From Chiloscyllium plagiosum (taxonomy: Eukaryota): a DNA stretch of 58,548 nucleotides. The stretch is from assembly GCF_004010195.1 (NCBI RefSeq), contig NC_057719.1, forward strand, positions 87,319,317-87,377,864. The letters run 5' to 3'. Positions 23,964-37,115 of this stretch are shown piece by piece. The notes beneath the pieces were generated by a model. That model ran no database searches. It saw nothing but the letters and a program-made list of their open reading frames with translations, and was not told the DNA's origin. The stretch's first letter is position 1, and each line of letters starts with the position of its first letter. The position numbers and the translations under genes were made by a program.

Positions 23964-24085
23964 CTTTTGTCCCGTTTGTTCCCAGCGGAGGGTCTCTGTT
24001 TCTCCACTTATCCCGTTGCCCCCCTGCTCTCTGTGGAGACAAATTCGATGAGTTGCTGTGTTTCACTCTGAAAGATGGTGTTCTC
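23964..24085 (-). CDS. SPTBN5: SPTBN5 tail exon (RRTPSFRVKHSNSS...GTNGTK)
   Basis: tttttaacag| acceptor, AAG|gtacct donor (weak); phases 2 and 1 fit both neighbours. Confidence 0.7.
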
Positions 24086-24465
24086 CTGTTAAAAACACAA
24101 GAAGGTGACATCATCTCCCTGTGTTCATTTCACAATCTACACTATCCACATCAAACACTCTCGGGATTAGATACCAAGTAAAGCTCTTTCTACACAAACA
24201 CACCTTTAAACTGAAAGTAAAGCTTTTCTACATTAAAATTAGGAGTAAATAGAAAGTAAAATGCCCATGACACTGTCCTGATCGAACACTCCCAGGACAG
24301 GGACAATATGGAGTTAGATAAAGAGTAAAGCTTCCAGTACACTGGCCCCAGAGGACACTCCCAAAACATCAGAGGAAGAACTAGTTCTGTCCTGAGTAGG
24401 GGGCTGAGTTCTCCCATGAAAATCTTAAATGAACATGTTAAATGATAGTGCAAAGGACAAAAATC

Positions 24466-24760
24466 ACTGGTTAGCACTGCTGCCTCACAGAGAGACCCGG
24501 GTTCAATTCCCACCTCAGGTGACTGACTGTGTGGAGTTTGCACATTCTCCATGTGTCTGCGTGGGTTTCCTCCGGGTGCTCCGGTTTCCTCCCATAGTCC
24601 AAAGATGTGCAGGTCAGGTGAATTGGCCATGCTAAATTGCCCGTAGTGTTCGGTGAAGGGGTAAATGTAGGGGAATGGGTCTGGGTGGGTTACACTTCGG
24701 TGGGTCGGTGTGGACTTGTTGGGCCGAAGGCCTGTTTCCACACTGTAAGTAATCTAATCT
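24466..24760 (+). mobile_element. HE1-like SINE
   Basis: tggttagcactgctgcctcacag...gggttcaattcc B box; taatctaatct tail. Confidence 0.87.
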
Positions 24761-25385
24761 CAAATATCTCTTGTCCAAAGTAAGACCTTACTTGCCAATG
24801 AAAAGTGGTGGATGACAATTGTTCAAAAACCATTTTGTATGAAAGGGTTTCCTGATGCTCAGGAGCAGTTGGCAATGGGCCTTTTTGAATGCGGACATTG
24901 AGATTTATAACAGAAATAGTTGGCACAAATTTTCAGAAAGAATGTGCCAACAGGGGTTTAGGATTTACAGACAGGAAGCGTCTGCTGACGCAAGCTCATG
25001 ACTGATGTGTAGAAGAATGTTATATCACTCATTAAATGGTTGAGTTCTGTTATAGATACATATTGTAGAACCATTCCCAGGAATAGTATTCTGAAGAATC
25101 TTATGTGGAATGACAGTGAGTGAAACTCAGTGACCATAAACTACAATATTCAAGCAGGTTATCAGTTGCAAACTCCAGAATGTGACAGTCTGGAACAACT
25201 GCTCCTTAACAGGCACCCATAGTAACACAGAGCATTCCCCCAGATCTGAAGTGGTAACTCTGCTTTCTCCCCGCTGATGCTGGCAAACCTGTTGAGTTTC
25301 GCCAGCAATTTTGGTTTGTGTTGCATTATCCCAGCACCAAGCACCCCATGATCTCTGTTCCCTTACCTTCAGGGCCTCATCCTAC

Positions 25386-25472
25386 CTGGGAAGTAAATCC
25401 TTGTTGGTTCCGGGTTTCTCCTTCTTTGTCGGACTCCCCGTCGTGAGCTGGGATTTGGTCATAAATGGATCA
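25386..25472 (-). CDS. SPTBN5: SPTBN5 tail exon (DPFMTKSQLTTGSPTKKEKPGTNKDLLP)
   Basis: tttctccaaag| acceptor, CAG|gtagga donor; phases 2 and 2. Confidence 0.68.
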
Positions 25473-26259
25473 CTTTGGAGAAAGGAACAAGTGTTAATGT
25501 GAGATCCCAGGTGACACCACTCAGTGCAACATCTCCTCTCGCTGTCATCAGTTGGCTTGGAGGATTGATGTGGGGCCCAGAATGTAGGAATAAGGAGGAA
25601 AGGCCAAGAGGATAGAAGGGAACAAACTGGGCTGAGACACCTCAGAATTGAAAACCAAGGAACATGTAGATCCCAGACAGGGACTGACAGATGAAACCGG
25701 GGGAAGGAGCAGGGACTGAGTGAGAGAGAGAGAAAGCTGAGGGAAGGAGCAGGGAACTGGATGAGGAAACCGGGGAAAGGAGTGTGCTCCAATTTCACCA
25801 CGTTGATGAATTGTGAGTTGTTGCTGTCCTGCATGGTTTGGAACTTGCTTTCTCTACCTTTCAGCCTGAATAATAAGCAGAAGCCACGGAGTATTTAAAG
25901 ATTATCAGACTGCACCACTGAACATGGCTTGGGCTCCAATCAGGAGGCTATAGTTGGCCTCTGATTCTGGGAAGATAGAAACAGCATAGCTTTTGTGCAT
26001 GATAGGGAATATGCTAACACCTGCATGTACATGCATGAGTGTAGATTGTTATGCATGTGTGAGATTTGATTCAGCAACAGTTGTCGCCTCATGGCACTCA
26101 CTGTCTTGTTCACCCACAGGAAGATCAGGTGAGGTCCGAGAGAGAAGACCTTGTATTTTGTTACAATTCCTGTTTCCCTGTGGCAGAGAAACTCAAAGCC
26201 CTTACATGTAACAGTGTCACCCTGTAACACAGACTCATGGAAAGAGGTACTGTATTTAC

Positions 26260-26323
26260 CAGGAGTGTTGTGGAGACTGCAAAGGACACACATTGACAGC
26301 TGACGAGCTTGTTTCATTAGAAC
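26260..26323 (-). CDS. SPTBN5: SPTBN5 tail exon (GSNETSSSAVNVCPLQSPQHS)
   Basis: tgttttccag| acceptor, TG|gtaaat donor; provides the needed phase 1 to 2 bridge. Confidence 0.62.
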
Positions 26324-26389
26324 CTGGAAAACAGCACAGGAAGAGTCAACAATCAGCTAGTGAAACCCGAGGGTTGTAAAATAGTATTG

Positions 26390-27210
26390 TAGAAAACACA
26401 AATTAGGAGGAGTAAGCCATCGAACCTTCTTTGCTGTTCAGTCTGATCGTGGCTGATCATCTAACTCAGTCTCGTTTCTGCTTTCTCCCCCATATTCTTT
26501 GATCCCTTTAACCATAACAATTAGATCCAACTTCTTTCTGAAAGCACTCAGTGTTTCGGCCTCAACCACTTACTGTAGTAGCAAATCCCACAGACTCCTC
26601 TCCCTGTGTGAAGACATTTCCCCTTATCTCAGTCCAAAATGGCCTACCCCCTATTCTTAAACCGTGACCCCTGCTTCTGGACTCTTCGATCACCGGGAAT
26701 AACCTTCCAGCAATTAACCTGTCTGATCCTGTTAGAATTTTATACGTTTCTATGTGACAACCCCCCCACCCTCCAACCCCATTCTTCTAAACTGTAATGA
26801 ATATAATCCTAACTGAAGCAGTCTCTCTTCACATGTCAAACCTGTCCCCCAGGAATTGATCTGGTAAACCTTTGTTGCACTGCTTCCTTAGTCAGAATGT
26901 CTTCCTCAGAACTGCACATAATACTCCAGGTGTGGTCTCATAAGGTCTTGTAAATTACAGCCAAACAGCTCTGCTCCTGTACTCCAATCCTCTCTCCATG
27001 AAGGCCAACATAGTATTTGTCTCCTTCTGCATCTGTATGTCTAACTCCAAGTGGTGGACAAGGATAGCTAGGTCTCATTGCACCAGTCCCCTTTCCCAAT
27101 CTAATTCCATTCAAATAACAATCTGCCTGCCTCTTTTTGCTACCAAAGTGGATAACCTCACATTTATCCATGTTATATTTCATAGGCCGTGCATTTTGTT
27201 CGCTTACAAG
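26390..27210 (-). mobile_element. CR1 3' fragment
   Basis: MKYNMDKCEVIHFGSK..Q..YLNG in ORF 26938..27321. Confidence 0.8.
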
Positions 27211-27479
27211 AAAAAGTGATTTCTCCTGTCCACCAAGAATTAGGGTAGATCCAATCAGGCCAATTACAGCCCCTGAAACATCAGTAAAATGACAGATGGG
27301 ATTGTTAGTAGCACTTAGCAAGACCTGCTGGACCTAAAACAGAATTGGTCCAAGATGGGTGAGAGTTGAGAACCAGGCTCACCACTTGCAACTAAGGGGC
27401 TGGGAATGCACTCTGTCTGAGAATCACAACAAAGCCGTATTTGTCTGAGTGCAGCATCAAGGAGCTGCTGGTTAGACTT

Positions 27480-28370
27480 ATACCTGGCACACAGGAAGAC
27501 GGTTGTTGTTGGAGATCAGTGATCTTAGCTCCAGGATATTTCTCAGGTCTTTGACCCAACCAATTTCAGCTGCTTCATCAGTGAACTTCCCTCTATAATA
27601 GGATCAGTTTGCTGATGATTGTTCAATGCTCAACACCATTTGCTACTCCTCAAATATTGAGGGAGACCATGTCTGTGCTTAGGCAGGTCATTAGCAAGGA
27701 ACATTCACATTGCATAAGAGCTAGCAATGAGCATCTATAAGAATAGAGCATCTGACAGTCACCCTCACAGTTAATGGTGTTACTATCACTAAACATTCTG
27801 GACGTTACAACTGAACTGATCCAGCATATGAATACAGTGGCTACAAGAACAGATCAGAGGCCAGGAATTCTGCAGCAAGTAACTCCCTTGACTCCCCAAA
27901 GTCTGTACATCATCTACAAGACACAAGTCAGGTGTATGATTGAATAATCGCCACTTGCCTCAATGGGTGCAGACCCAACAACATACAAAGCTCATCTTCA
28001 TCCAGGATGAAGCAACCCATCCACCAATTTAAGCAGTCATTTCTTCCCTCACTCAGGCACGGCAGCAGTGTCCACCATTTACAAGATGCCTGCTGGAATT
28101 CTCCCAGGATCCTTTGACAGCACCTTCCAAATCTGTGACCTTTCCTAAAGATAAGGGCATCAGATGCATAGAAACACCACCCCTTACAAACCTCTCACCA
28201 TCTCGATTTCAAAATATATCACCACAATCCTTTCTCATGGCCGAGTGGTAATGCTGGACCTGCAGCATTGTGGCAGCACCACATGGACTGCAGTAGGTCA
28301 AGATGATGGCTCACCAACAAGGGGAACTAGGGATGGGCAGCAAATTCTGACCTTGCCACTGAAACCCACA
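27480..28370 (+). mobile_element. LINE fragment (second family); a related inverted piece lies at about 28450-28700
   Basis: FADD motif (tttgctgatgat); homology to 6370-7000; KVMGSDNIPAIVLKDCAPELA on -. Confidence 0.65.
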
Positions 28371-28852
28371 ATGAAAAGAAAAAAAAAATTCGCTGTCCCT
28401 TCTTTAGCATGAGCCAGTCCATGAAGAGGCCTGGAGTCGAGTGTTCTTGATGGAACCTTGACTAAACACTGTTCATGACACCTTCCATTTGCTGTTGATA
28501 AGGGGAGATGGATAGGGTGGTATTTGGCCTGGTTGGATTTGCCCTACTTTGTCCATACCTTGGCAATTTTACACATCTTTGATTAGATCTATTTTGAAAC
28601 TAGTATTGGCTTGGGGCATGGCTAGTTCTGGAGCACAATCCTTCAGCACTATAGCTGGAATGTTGTCAGAGCCCATCACCTTTGCCCTGGTTATATCAGA
28701 GGCAGTTGAGGAGAAGACCAGAGAGATCATTCTCAAGAGGCCCAAGGCAGATCTGATGGAGCCTGACAGTGAGGTTAGCTCGTCCAGTCTGGTTAGTCGT
28801 ACCCTGCTGTCATCTCCTCCTCTATTCCTACTCCAATGGTCACAGGCCTCAC

Positions 28853-28900
28853 CGTCTCTCACACACTGTCTTAGCTTCACTGTTTCACAGGGATAAACAA
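28853..28900 (-). CDS. SPTBN5: Possible symmetric 48-nt SPTBN5 tail exon (VVYPCETVKLRQCVRD)
   Basis: tcttcgtctcttaacag| acceptor, G|gtgagg donor; phase 1/1, so skippable. Confidence 0.5.
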
Positions 28901-29062
28901 CTGTTAAGAGACGAAGAGCTGTTTACTTCTGCCACTTTGCAGCCTACAACAAATCGCTGAGTCCCATGATCTCAGGACAGGTAACTTTGGTCAAAGAGCT
29001 CGGTTTTAGGAAGCATCTTCATGGAGAAAAGTGGAAGATATTAGCTGACAGCAGACTCTCAC

Positions 29063-29160
29063 CTCCACAGCTACCGGCATTGTTGCTGATCTTCTGAATC
29101 CACTCGCCAATCAGGCTGCCCGATGGAGCAGAGAAAAGGTACTCACTTCTGTCACTCAGT
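29063..29160 (-). CDS. SPTBN5: SPTBN5 PH domain C-terminal exon (LSDRSEYLFSAPSGSLIGEWIQKISNNAGSCG)
   Basis: ttcctgatag| and |gtgaga; spectrin-PH pattern LxDxxEYLFxA with the invariant Trp in the terminal helix. Confidence 0.9.
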
Positions 29161-29529
29161 CTATCAGGAAAAACACTATAGTCAGATAATTCATGACAGT
29201 GCCTCCCACATCAAACACACCAGATGCAGTGTCTCTCACACACCCCCTCACTTACATTGTCTCACTGACACACAGTTACTGACACACACACTCTGTCACA
29301 TGATTTCAGAGTGGCTGTGCACATGAACAGTGTGCCAATGAATCTTCAACTCACTCCACCCCCCTCCAGAGCGCCCCCCCGCCCCCAAAACCCCAGCCAT
29401 ATCCGATAGAGGAGCTTGAGGTTAGTGTTAGAGTTTAATCTCTCTACAGTGATCTCTCAGGGACACTGGGAAACACTGTCCCAAACCAAGTAAAGTTTAG
29501 GCTTCATTTGTTGAGCTGATGTTACGTAC

Positions 29530-29621
29530 TGTAAGCAGAAAGTGTGTGTCTTGTCCGTAGAGTCGGCAGCTTCCTCACACCGAGCATCGCTGATCACGAG
29601 GGTTGGAGAGCAAGGAGAATC
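29530..29621 (-). CDS. SPTBN5: SPTBN5 PH domain exon (DSPCSPTLVISDARCEEAADSTDKTHTFCL)
   Basis: tgtctatag| and |gtacgt; AxCE...KxHTFxL motif. Confidence 0.88.
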
Positions 29622-29859
29622 CTATAGACAGAGACAGGAACACACAAAGCTTAGGCAGGGTCTGCTTAAAGAGAACATGGCAAGACACAGAGCCAAGAAC
29701 AGAGGAGTTTAAAGGAAACTGGATACCTCAGACAAGGATTGCGTAATGGGACAGAACATCACTCAAATTGAGAAAATAATTGAACACCTGCATTTATATA
29801 GTGCCTTTCACACCTACCAGACATTTCCCAAAGCTGTGTTCAGCCACCAAAATATCTCT

Positions 29860-30135
29860 CACACAATCTCACTGGAGTCCAGCTCCCATACACAGTCATT
29901 GGGGTACAGCTCCCACAAATGCACTAAATCTCACTGGGGTACAGTCCCACACACACAGACTCTCACTGGGGTATGACTATCATACAGACACTGAATCTAA
30001 ATTGGATATAGGTCCTATGTGAACTGACTCTCACTGGAGTACAGCCTCCCCCACATACACGCACTGACTCTCACTGGGGTATAGCTCCCACACACACTAA
30101 CTGTCACTGGGGTATGGGATAGTTTCACACACACA
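29860..30135. repeat. Degenerate minisatellite (tctcactggggtacagctcccacacacactgac)
   Basis: About 7 recurrences of tcactggg/agta. Confidence 0.75.
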
Positions 30136-30825
30136 CATGCTCTTAGAGTGCTATGGTTTCAGTACACATCAAACTCAGAAATTCTGACTGCTTCTGCGAA
30201 TAAGTAATATTTAAATTCCTGCACTGGCAGAGGATTTCACCATTTTCTTTGGAAGCCAACCTCATTACAGAGGAAGCTTTATTCAATTTCTTAAAGTATC
30301 GTAACTGTCTAGGAGTATCTGATCAGGACCTTACTGACCAGGTGCTTTACTGTGCATCAGATCCACTGCTTTCCCTGTCCTGGAAGTGTATGGGGACAGT
30401 GTAGAGAAAGAGACTTACACTTTATTCTCTCTGTGCTCTCCCTGCTCTGGGAATTTTGGAAGGGATAGTGTAGAAGTAGCTTTCCTCTGTATTTGTCCCT
30501 GTCCTGGGAGGATTTTATGGAGAGACAGTATAGAGAAGCCTTTACTTTCGGTTTAAAAAAAGTAGAGAGAGCACTACTTTGTATCATCCCAGTGCTGTGC
30601 TTGATTAGAAAGTGATTGTAGGTGAATTCTATTCCTCAGTATCCTGGTCTCTCAGTTTGATTAATCTAACTCTCATCCCATCTCTCTGCAGTGTTATCTG
30701 CTGAATAGCATGTTTTATTCTGTTCTGAGGTTGGATTAACACTGAGATTACAAGTAGTTTCGAATTATTAAAATCTCCTATCTTACAAATTCTTCAGTTC
30801 TCTGTTCCAGGGAATGACAACTCAC

Positions 30826-30912
30826 CATCAAACTATCACTCTCGTTCTTGTAGAAACAGAGGGCTTGCTCCTTCAGAGTCACAAAATAGGTGACCCAATC
30901 TTCAGAGATGAC
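30826..30912 (-). CDS. SPTBN5: SPTBN5 PH domain exon (VISEDWVTYFVTLKEQALCFYKNESDSLM)
   Basis: atctttag| and |gtgagt; PH pattern W...L....L.FYK. Confidence 0.9.
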
Positions 30913-31079
30913 CTAAAGATGAAATTAAAGTTTGGAGTGAAAAAGACAACGTTTGTGCTTAAATTGTATTTTGTTACATTCGAAAGAATTTCAGAGGCAG
31001 AGTGTTATGGACCAAAGTGCAGTCACCAGTCTGTGCTAAGCAAACTCTCTCAGTCAGCAATCTGATACCAATATATAAA

Positions 31080-32880
31080 CAAGGAGCAAGAGTAGGCCAC
31101 GAGGTCCTTTGAACCTGCTCCTCCATTCAATAAGATCATGGCAGATCTGATTTTAGCCTCAACTCTACATTCCTACATCTCGCTTTTCATCCCCATGGTC
31201 ATCAAGAATCTCTCTACCTCTGCCCTTCAAAACAGTTAAAGATTATGCTTCCACTATGTTTGAGGAAGGGTATTCTAAAGACAGTCCATTCTCAGAAAAA
31301 CAATGTTTCCTAATTTCTGTTTTAAATGGGTGCCCCTTATTTTTAAACAATGACCTCTATTTCTAGATTCTCCCACAAGAGGAAACATTCTTTCCACATC
31401 CACCTGGTCAAGTCCCCTCAGGATCTTCTGTGTTTAAATTCAATCACTTCAGACTTCTTCTAAACTCCCGAGGATGCAGAGCCAGCCTGCCTAGCCTTTC
31501 CTCACAATGCAGTCCACTCACGCCAACTATTAGCAATTACCATCTCTAACTGCTTCCAATGCATTAACATCCTGCTGTAAGTACTGTACACAGGGCTCCA
31601 GATGTGGTCCTCACTAATGCCTTGCATAAATGAAGCGTAACTGTCACTTCTCTTCCCTCACAAAAAACATAACATTCTATGCGTTTTCTTCATTATGTGT
31701 TGTACCTGTGTACCTTCTGTGATTCATTAACTAAGACACTGAGATGTCTCTGTATCTAAGAGCTCTGTAATCTTTCACCTTTTAGATAACATACCATTTT
31801 CTGCCAAAATGGACAATTTTCTACTTTCCCACACTGTACTCCATTTGCCAAGTCTTTACCCACTCACAACCTGTCCGTATCCCTTTGTAGGTTTCTATGT
31901 CTTTTTCACAATTCAATTTCCATCTATCTTTGTGTCATCAGTAAATTTAGCTACCATACCTTCTATTCCTTTATCCACATCACTTATAGAAATTGTACTG
32001 AGTTGAGGTCCCAACATCGACCCCTGTGGCACACCACTTGTGACATCCTGCCAACCTTAAAAAATATTTCTACTCTGGATGTAGGTTTGCTCGCTGAGCT
32101 GGAAAGTTCGTTTACAGATGTTTCAGCACTATAACATCATCAGTGAGTCTCCGGATGATGCACTGGTGGTATGGCCCGCTTTCTATTTATGTGTTAATAA
32201 ATGTGTTTATGTGTTAAAACTCGCTAATATTTCTACTCTCCTGTTATTAGGAATCTTCTATCCTTAATATTTAATTTTCTACAATAACCTATCAAATGTC
32301 TTCTGGAAATCTAAGCACACTACATCCACTGGTTTCTCTTTAACTACAGCACAAGTTATTTAGAATCAGAGATGCACAGCATGGAAATGGACTTATTGGT
32401 CCAACTCGACCAGGCTGACCAGATATCCTAAACTAAACTGCTTCCATTTGCCAGCACTTGGCCCATATCCCTCTAAACCCTTCCTATTCATATACCTATC
32501 CAAATGCCTTTTAAATGTTGTAATTATACCAGCCTCCACCACTTCCTCTGGCAGCTCATTCCCTACACGCACCACCCTCTCTGTGAAAAGAAATTTCCCC
32601 TTAGTTCCCATTTAAATCTTACCCCTCTCACCCTAAACCTATGCCCTCTTGTTTTGGACTCCCCCACCCCAGGGAAAAGGCCTTGTCTAACCACCCTTTC
32701 CATGCACCATTTTGTAAACCTCTATAAGGTTACCCCTTCGATGCTCCAGGGAAAACAGCCCCAGCCTGTTCAGCCTCTCCCTATAGCTCAAATCCTCTAA
32801 CCTTGGCAACATCCTTGTCAATCTTTTTTGTACCCTTTCAAGTTTCACAACATCCAACAACAGGGAGACTAGAATTGAAT
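31080..32880 (-). mobile_element. Old CR1 fragment with nested Penelope-like piece (about 32068-32195) and a younger CR1 tail (32365-32880)
   Basis: Reverse strand has SGVPQGS.LGP and CR1 3' motifs. Confidence 0.72.
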
Positions 32881-33897
32881 TTCTTCAAAGAATTCAAATA
32901 AATTAATTAAACATGGCTTCCTTTTGACAAAACTGTATTGAACAAGTATTAGAACATCTTTAATAGTAGCTTCTAATGTTTTCCCTGTGACAGATGGTAA
33001 TCTAACTTGCCTGCAGTTTCCCTCTTTCTGCCTCCTTTATTGGTAAATGAGTCACATTAGCTATTTTCTAATCTAAAGGAACCTTCCCAAGTCCAATAAG
33101 TTTTGGAAAATTAGAACCAACCAATTATTTCAAACAATGACAGAAATTTCTGGAGAAACTCAGCAGGTCTGGCAGGCAGCTAGAGAGTAAAGAAACAGAG
33201 TTAATGTTACAATCCAGTCAGAACAACGTTTGGCTTCATTTTAGATACTTGGATGAACAGCCATTAACTTATTAGATAATGACATGTTACCATGTGTTCA
33301 GGGGTAGGTCAAGGAATAAGTATTAGCTGGGACTTGGGCAAGATCTCTCCAATACTTTATAAAATCCAAAAGAACTGCAGATGCTATAAATCAGGAACAA
33401 AAACAGAAATTGCTGGAAAAACTCAGCAGGTCTGTCTGTGAAGAAAAATCAGAGTTAACATTTCAGGTCTGTTTTTTCTCTCCAATTCTTTGACTAGTGC
33501 CACTGGATTGTTTAGAACCAAATGGGAGAGCTCTTGGCAATGTTCCCTCTAAGCCCCATGGATGTGAAACATGTGCAAAGGCCCATTTAAGCCAGTCGTG
33601 TGAGAAAAGGAAAGGGCCCACACACTTTATATCAAAAAGATTAGAAAGAAAAGTTGTGGAACACATTTATAATTGGAGCCTTGGCTTAATATCTTATTCA
33701 CAAGCTGTCCCTCCCTTTGTCCAGCGCTGGACTGTCCGATTATCTGCAGGAGTCTTTAAAGTGGAAATTGAACCCACAATCTTCTGACTCCGAGGTGGGT
33801 CAATGGCTGACTGGAGAAAAGGGATACATTGTCGGACACTGGCTCCTGATCCTGTGACCTGTTGTTGCATCTTCTACAAGAAAGTATCAGGTCAAAT

Positions 33898-34965
33898 AAG
33901 GCAGAGAGTTGGGATAAATGTTTTTTTTTTCAGAATGGCAGCCGGTGACGAGCGGTGTCCCGCAGGGTTCGGTGCTGGGGCCACAGCTGTTCGCATTATA
34001 TATTAATGATTTGGATGAGGGAACCGGGGGCATTCTAGCGAAGTTTGCCGATGATACGAAGTTAGGTGGACAGGCAGGTAGTATGGAGGAAGTGGGGAGG
34101 CTACAGAAGGATCTAGACAGGTTGGGAGAGTGGTCCGGGAAATGGCTGATGGAATTTAACGTGAGCAAGTGCGAGGTCTTGCACTTTGGCAAAAAGAATA
34201 AAAGCATAGACTACTTTCTAAATGGTGAGAAAATTAATAAAGCCAAAGCACAAAGGGATCTGGGAGTGCTAGTCGAGGATTCTCTAAAGGTAAACATGCA
34301 GGTTGAGTTGTGATTAAGAAAGCGAATGCAATGTTGTCTCTTATCTCAAGAGGGTTGGAATATAAAAGCAGAGATGTACTACTAAGACTTTATAAAGCTC
34401 TGGTTAGGCCCCATTTGGAGTACTGTGTCCAGTTTTGGTCCCCACACCTCAGGAAGGACATACTGGCACTGGAACGTGTCCAGCGGAGATTCACACGGAT
34501 GATCCCTGGAATGACATGTCTAACATATGAGGAACGGCTGAGGATACTGGGATTGTATTCGTTGGAGCTTAGAAGATTAAGGGGAGACTTAATAGAGACG
34601 TACAAAATAATACATGGCTTGGAAAAGGTGGATGCTAGGAAATTGTTTCCGTTAGACGAGGAGACTAGGACCCATGGACACAGCCTTAGAATTAGAGGGG
34701 GTCATTTCAGAACAGAAATGCGGAGACATTTCTTCAGCCAGAGAGTGGTGGGCCTGTGGAATTCATTGCCACGGAGTGCAGTGGAAGCCGGGATGCTAAA
34801 TGTCTTCAAGGCTGAGATTGATAGATTCTTGTAGTCTCGAGGAATTAAGGGCTACGGGGAGAACGCTGGTAAGTGGAGCTGAAATGCGCATCAGCCATGA
34901 TTGAATGGCGGAGTGGACTCGATGGGCCGAATGGCCTTACTTCCACTCCTATGTCCTTTGGTCTT
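33898..34965 (+). mobile_element. Young CR1 LINE 3' third: RT core and C-terminus with a single frameshift at about 34310
   Basis: WQPVTSGVPQGSVLGPQLF..YINDL...KFADDTK, then LVRPHLEYCVQFWSP...LRGDLIE...WNSLP. Confidence 0.95.
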
Positions 34966-35434
34966 AATCTCAACATCCACTGACTTCTCTCATCCAGAGT
35001 CCACTACTGAATCAAACTGCCTGTTGGACTGCAGTTCCAACAAGGAATGACTGCATGGCTGTAACAATCACACAGGAGTGTTAGCACTCCAAAATTAATT
35101 AAACATTTCTGACACTTCTCGTTCCCCTCTTAATTCCGGTGTCACTCAGATTGATTGCCACACCTCGCTCCGATTTCTGCCAGCAAGATCCCAATGTGGG
35201 TCAAGCCTGAGCCCCAACTCCCATCAGGATTAGAACCTCTTCTCAAAACTGCCAAGAGTTAACTCAGCAGTTATACTCAGGCCCAGGAGGACTGTTAAAT
35301 GAAGTGAAACATGTCACAGTGCTCTCAGATCGCTGTAAGAGGGAATGTGACCGTATAGCTGGCTGTACCTGTCTGACACGTGGAGCCTTTGAAAATAGTT
35401 CCCCCTCTTTACTGTTCCTCCAACCAGTTCCTAC

Positions 35435-35506
35435 CTTAATCCCTCCGGGTTGCAATTTGTGCATTCGCTCGAGTGTGCCCTCCATCGCCTGATATCCTAC
35501 AGAAAC
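35435..35506 (-). CDS. SPTBN5: SPTBN5 first PH exon (VSVGYQAMEGTLERMHKLQPGGIK)
   Basis: ttttcttccttag| and |gtagga; MEGxLER...PGG motif typical of the spectrin beta-V PH start. Confidence 0.85.
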
Positions 35507-36699
35507 CTAAGGAAGAAAATAACCCCCGATTATACAGCATCTTTCATAACTGATGTCTCAAAAAATGGTTTATGTGCAAATTAACTATTTTGGAAATGGG
35601 TGTTGGAAATGCCCCATTCAGTGATACGATAATCATTGGTTTGGCCAATATTGGTTGAGGAAGTAATATTACCCCTGACGATGGTGTTAACTCCCTCTTC
35701 TTCGAATAAGTGCCTTTTACATTTTTCCTCAGAGGGTCAGTGGGTCCCTTAGTTTAACATATCACATGAAACACAATACCTCTGACACTGCAGCACCCCC
35801 AATTTTTAAATTTAAGTTTTGGGATGCGTCTTAGAAGCAATTTATCTAAGGGAGGGCCCCTCAGTAAAAGTGATCTCTGTATTACAATTAGAAATGTCAT
35901 TATACAATATATAGGCTAATCCTAACAGGATTGGAATTGGTAGCAGCAGGGAATATAGAGGAAATAGTGCAAAGAGTCTCCCCTCATGCAGCAGTTTTCA
36001 TAGTCTCTGGTCTGCTTCACAGACAATGACATACTATTGCGGTGTATTAAGTTTTTTGTAGGCAGATGCACAGTCTATTTTTTGGAAGCTAGATTCCACC
36101 ATTTGGTGGTGTTGAACAATGAAGGAATGCTTTCTGGAACCCCATGTCTGCTCTTCAACAGTGTTAAAGGCCAATGAGACTGCCATGTGGCAGTATCCCA
36201 GGGGATCTGTAAACCAACATACCCAAATGGACCCAACAATCTCAATTTACAAACAAAATGTCATTTAGAGTTGTGGAGTTGTACAGCACGGAAACAGACC
36301 CTTGTCCAAGCCGATCAATTATCGTAAATTAATCTAGTTCCATTTGCCAGAATTTTGCCCACATCCCTCTAAACCCTTCCTATTCATAAACCCATCTAGA
36401 TGCCTTTTAAATGTTGTAATTGTACCTGCTTCCATCACTTATAACTTTTCCTTTCTCATAAATCAGAACTAACGCAAATGAAACATGAAATTACAGACAA
36501 GTGATGCTTCAAATAAAATAATAAATTCGCTTTAAATAGTCAATACAACAAACTTACAGCTTGCAACACCACAACAATGCACCTCACATACACAACTACT
36601 GAGCTCAACAATGTGCTATTCTTTCTTCACGCTGGGTAGCTTTCACCCTTGAACTTTACAGGTGTGATTACCATCAATAATTAAAAAACAGCAAAACAA

Positions 36700-37115
36700 T
36701 ACAGCGCAGAAACAGGCCCTTTGGCCATCCAAGCTTGCCCTTCCATACTAAAACTATCTTTACTTACAGGTTCTGTATCCCTCTATTCCCTTCCTATCCA
36801 TGTATTTGTCAAGTGTTTCTTGAATGCTGCTATTGTGTCTGCTTCCACCACCTCCTCTGGCAGCCTATCCCAGGCACTTGCTACCCTTTGTATGAAAAAC
36901 CTGCCTCGCACATCTTTTTTAAACTCCCTCCCCCCCCATCGCACCATGAGTCTGTGTCCCCTAGTAATTGATCCCTTCACCCTGGGAAAAAGCCTCATAC
37001 TTTCCACTCTATCCATGCCTTCACAGTCTTATAAAATTCTATCAGGTCACCCCTCAAATTCCTGCGTTCTAGTGAAAACAAACCCAGTCAATCTAACCTC
37101 TCTTCATAGCTAATT
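36700..37115 (-). mobile_element. CR1 3' fragment (another piece at about 36270-36440)
   Basis: MDRV...TRGH....G..F..DVRGRFF.QRV..W..LP.EVVEA. Confidence 0.82.

Noticed and set aside
28569..28880. 103-aa ORF as a spectrin continuation
   Set aside because: Only the first codons overlap a possible 48-nt exon; the distal part is LINE RT-like (DNIPAIVLKDCAPELA)
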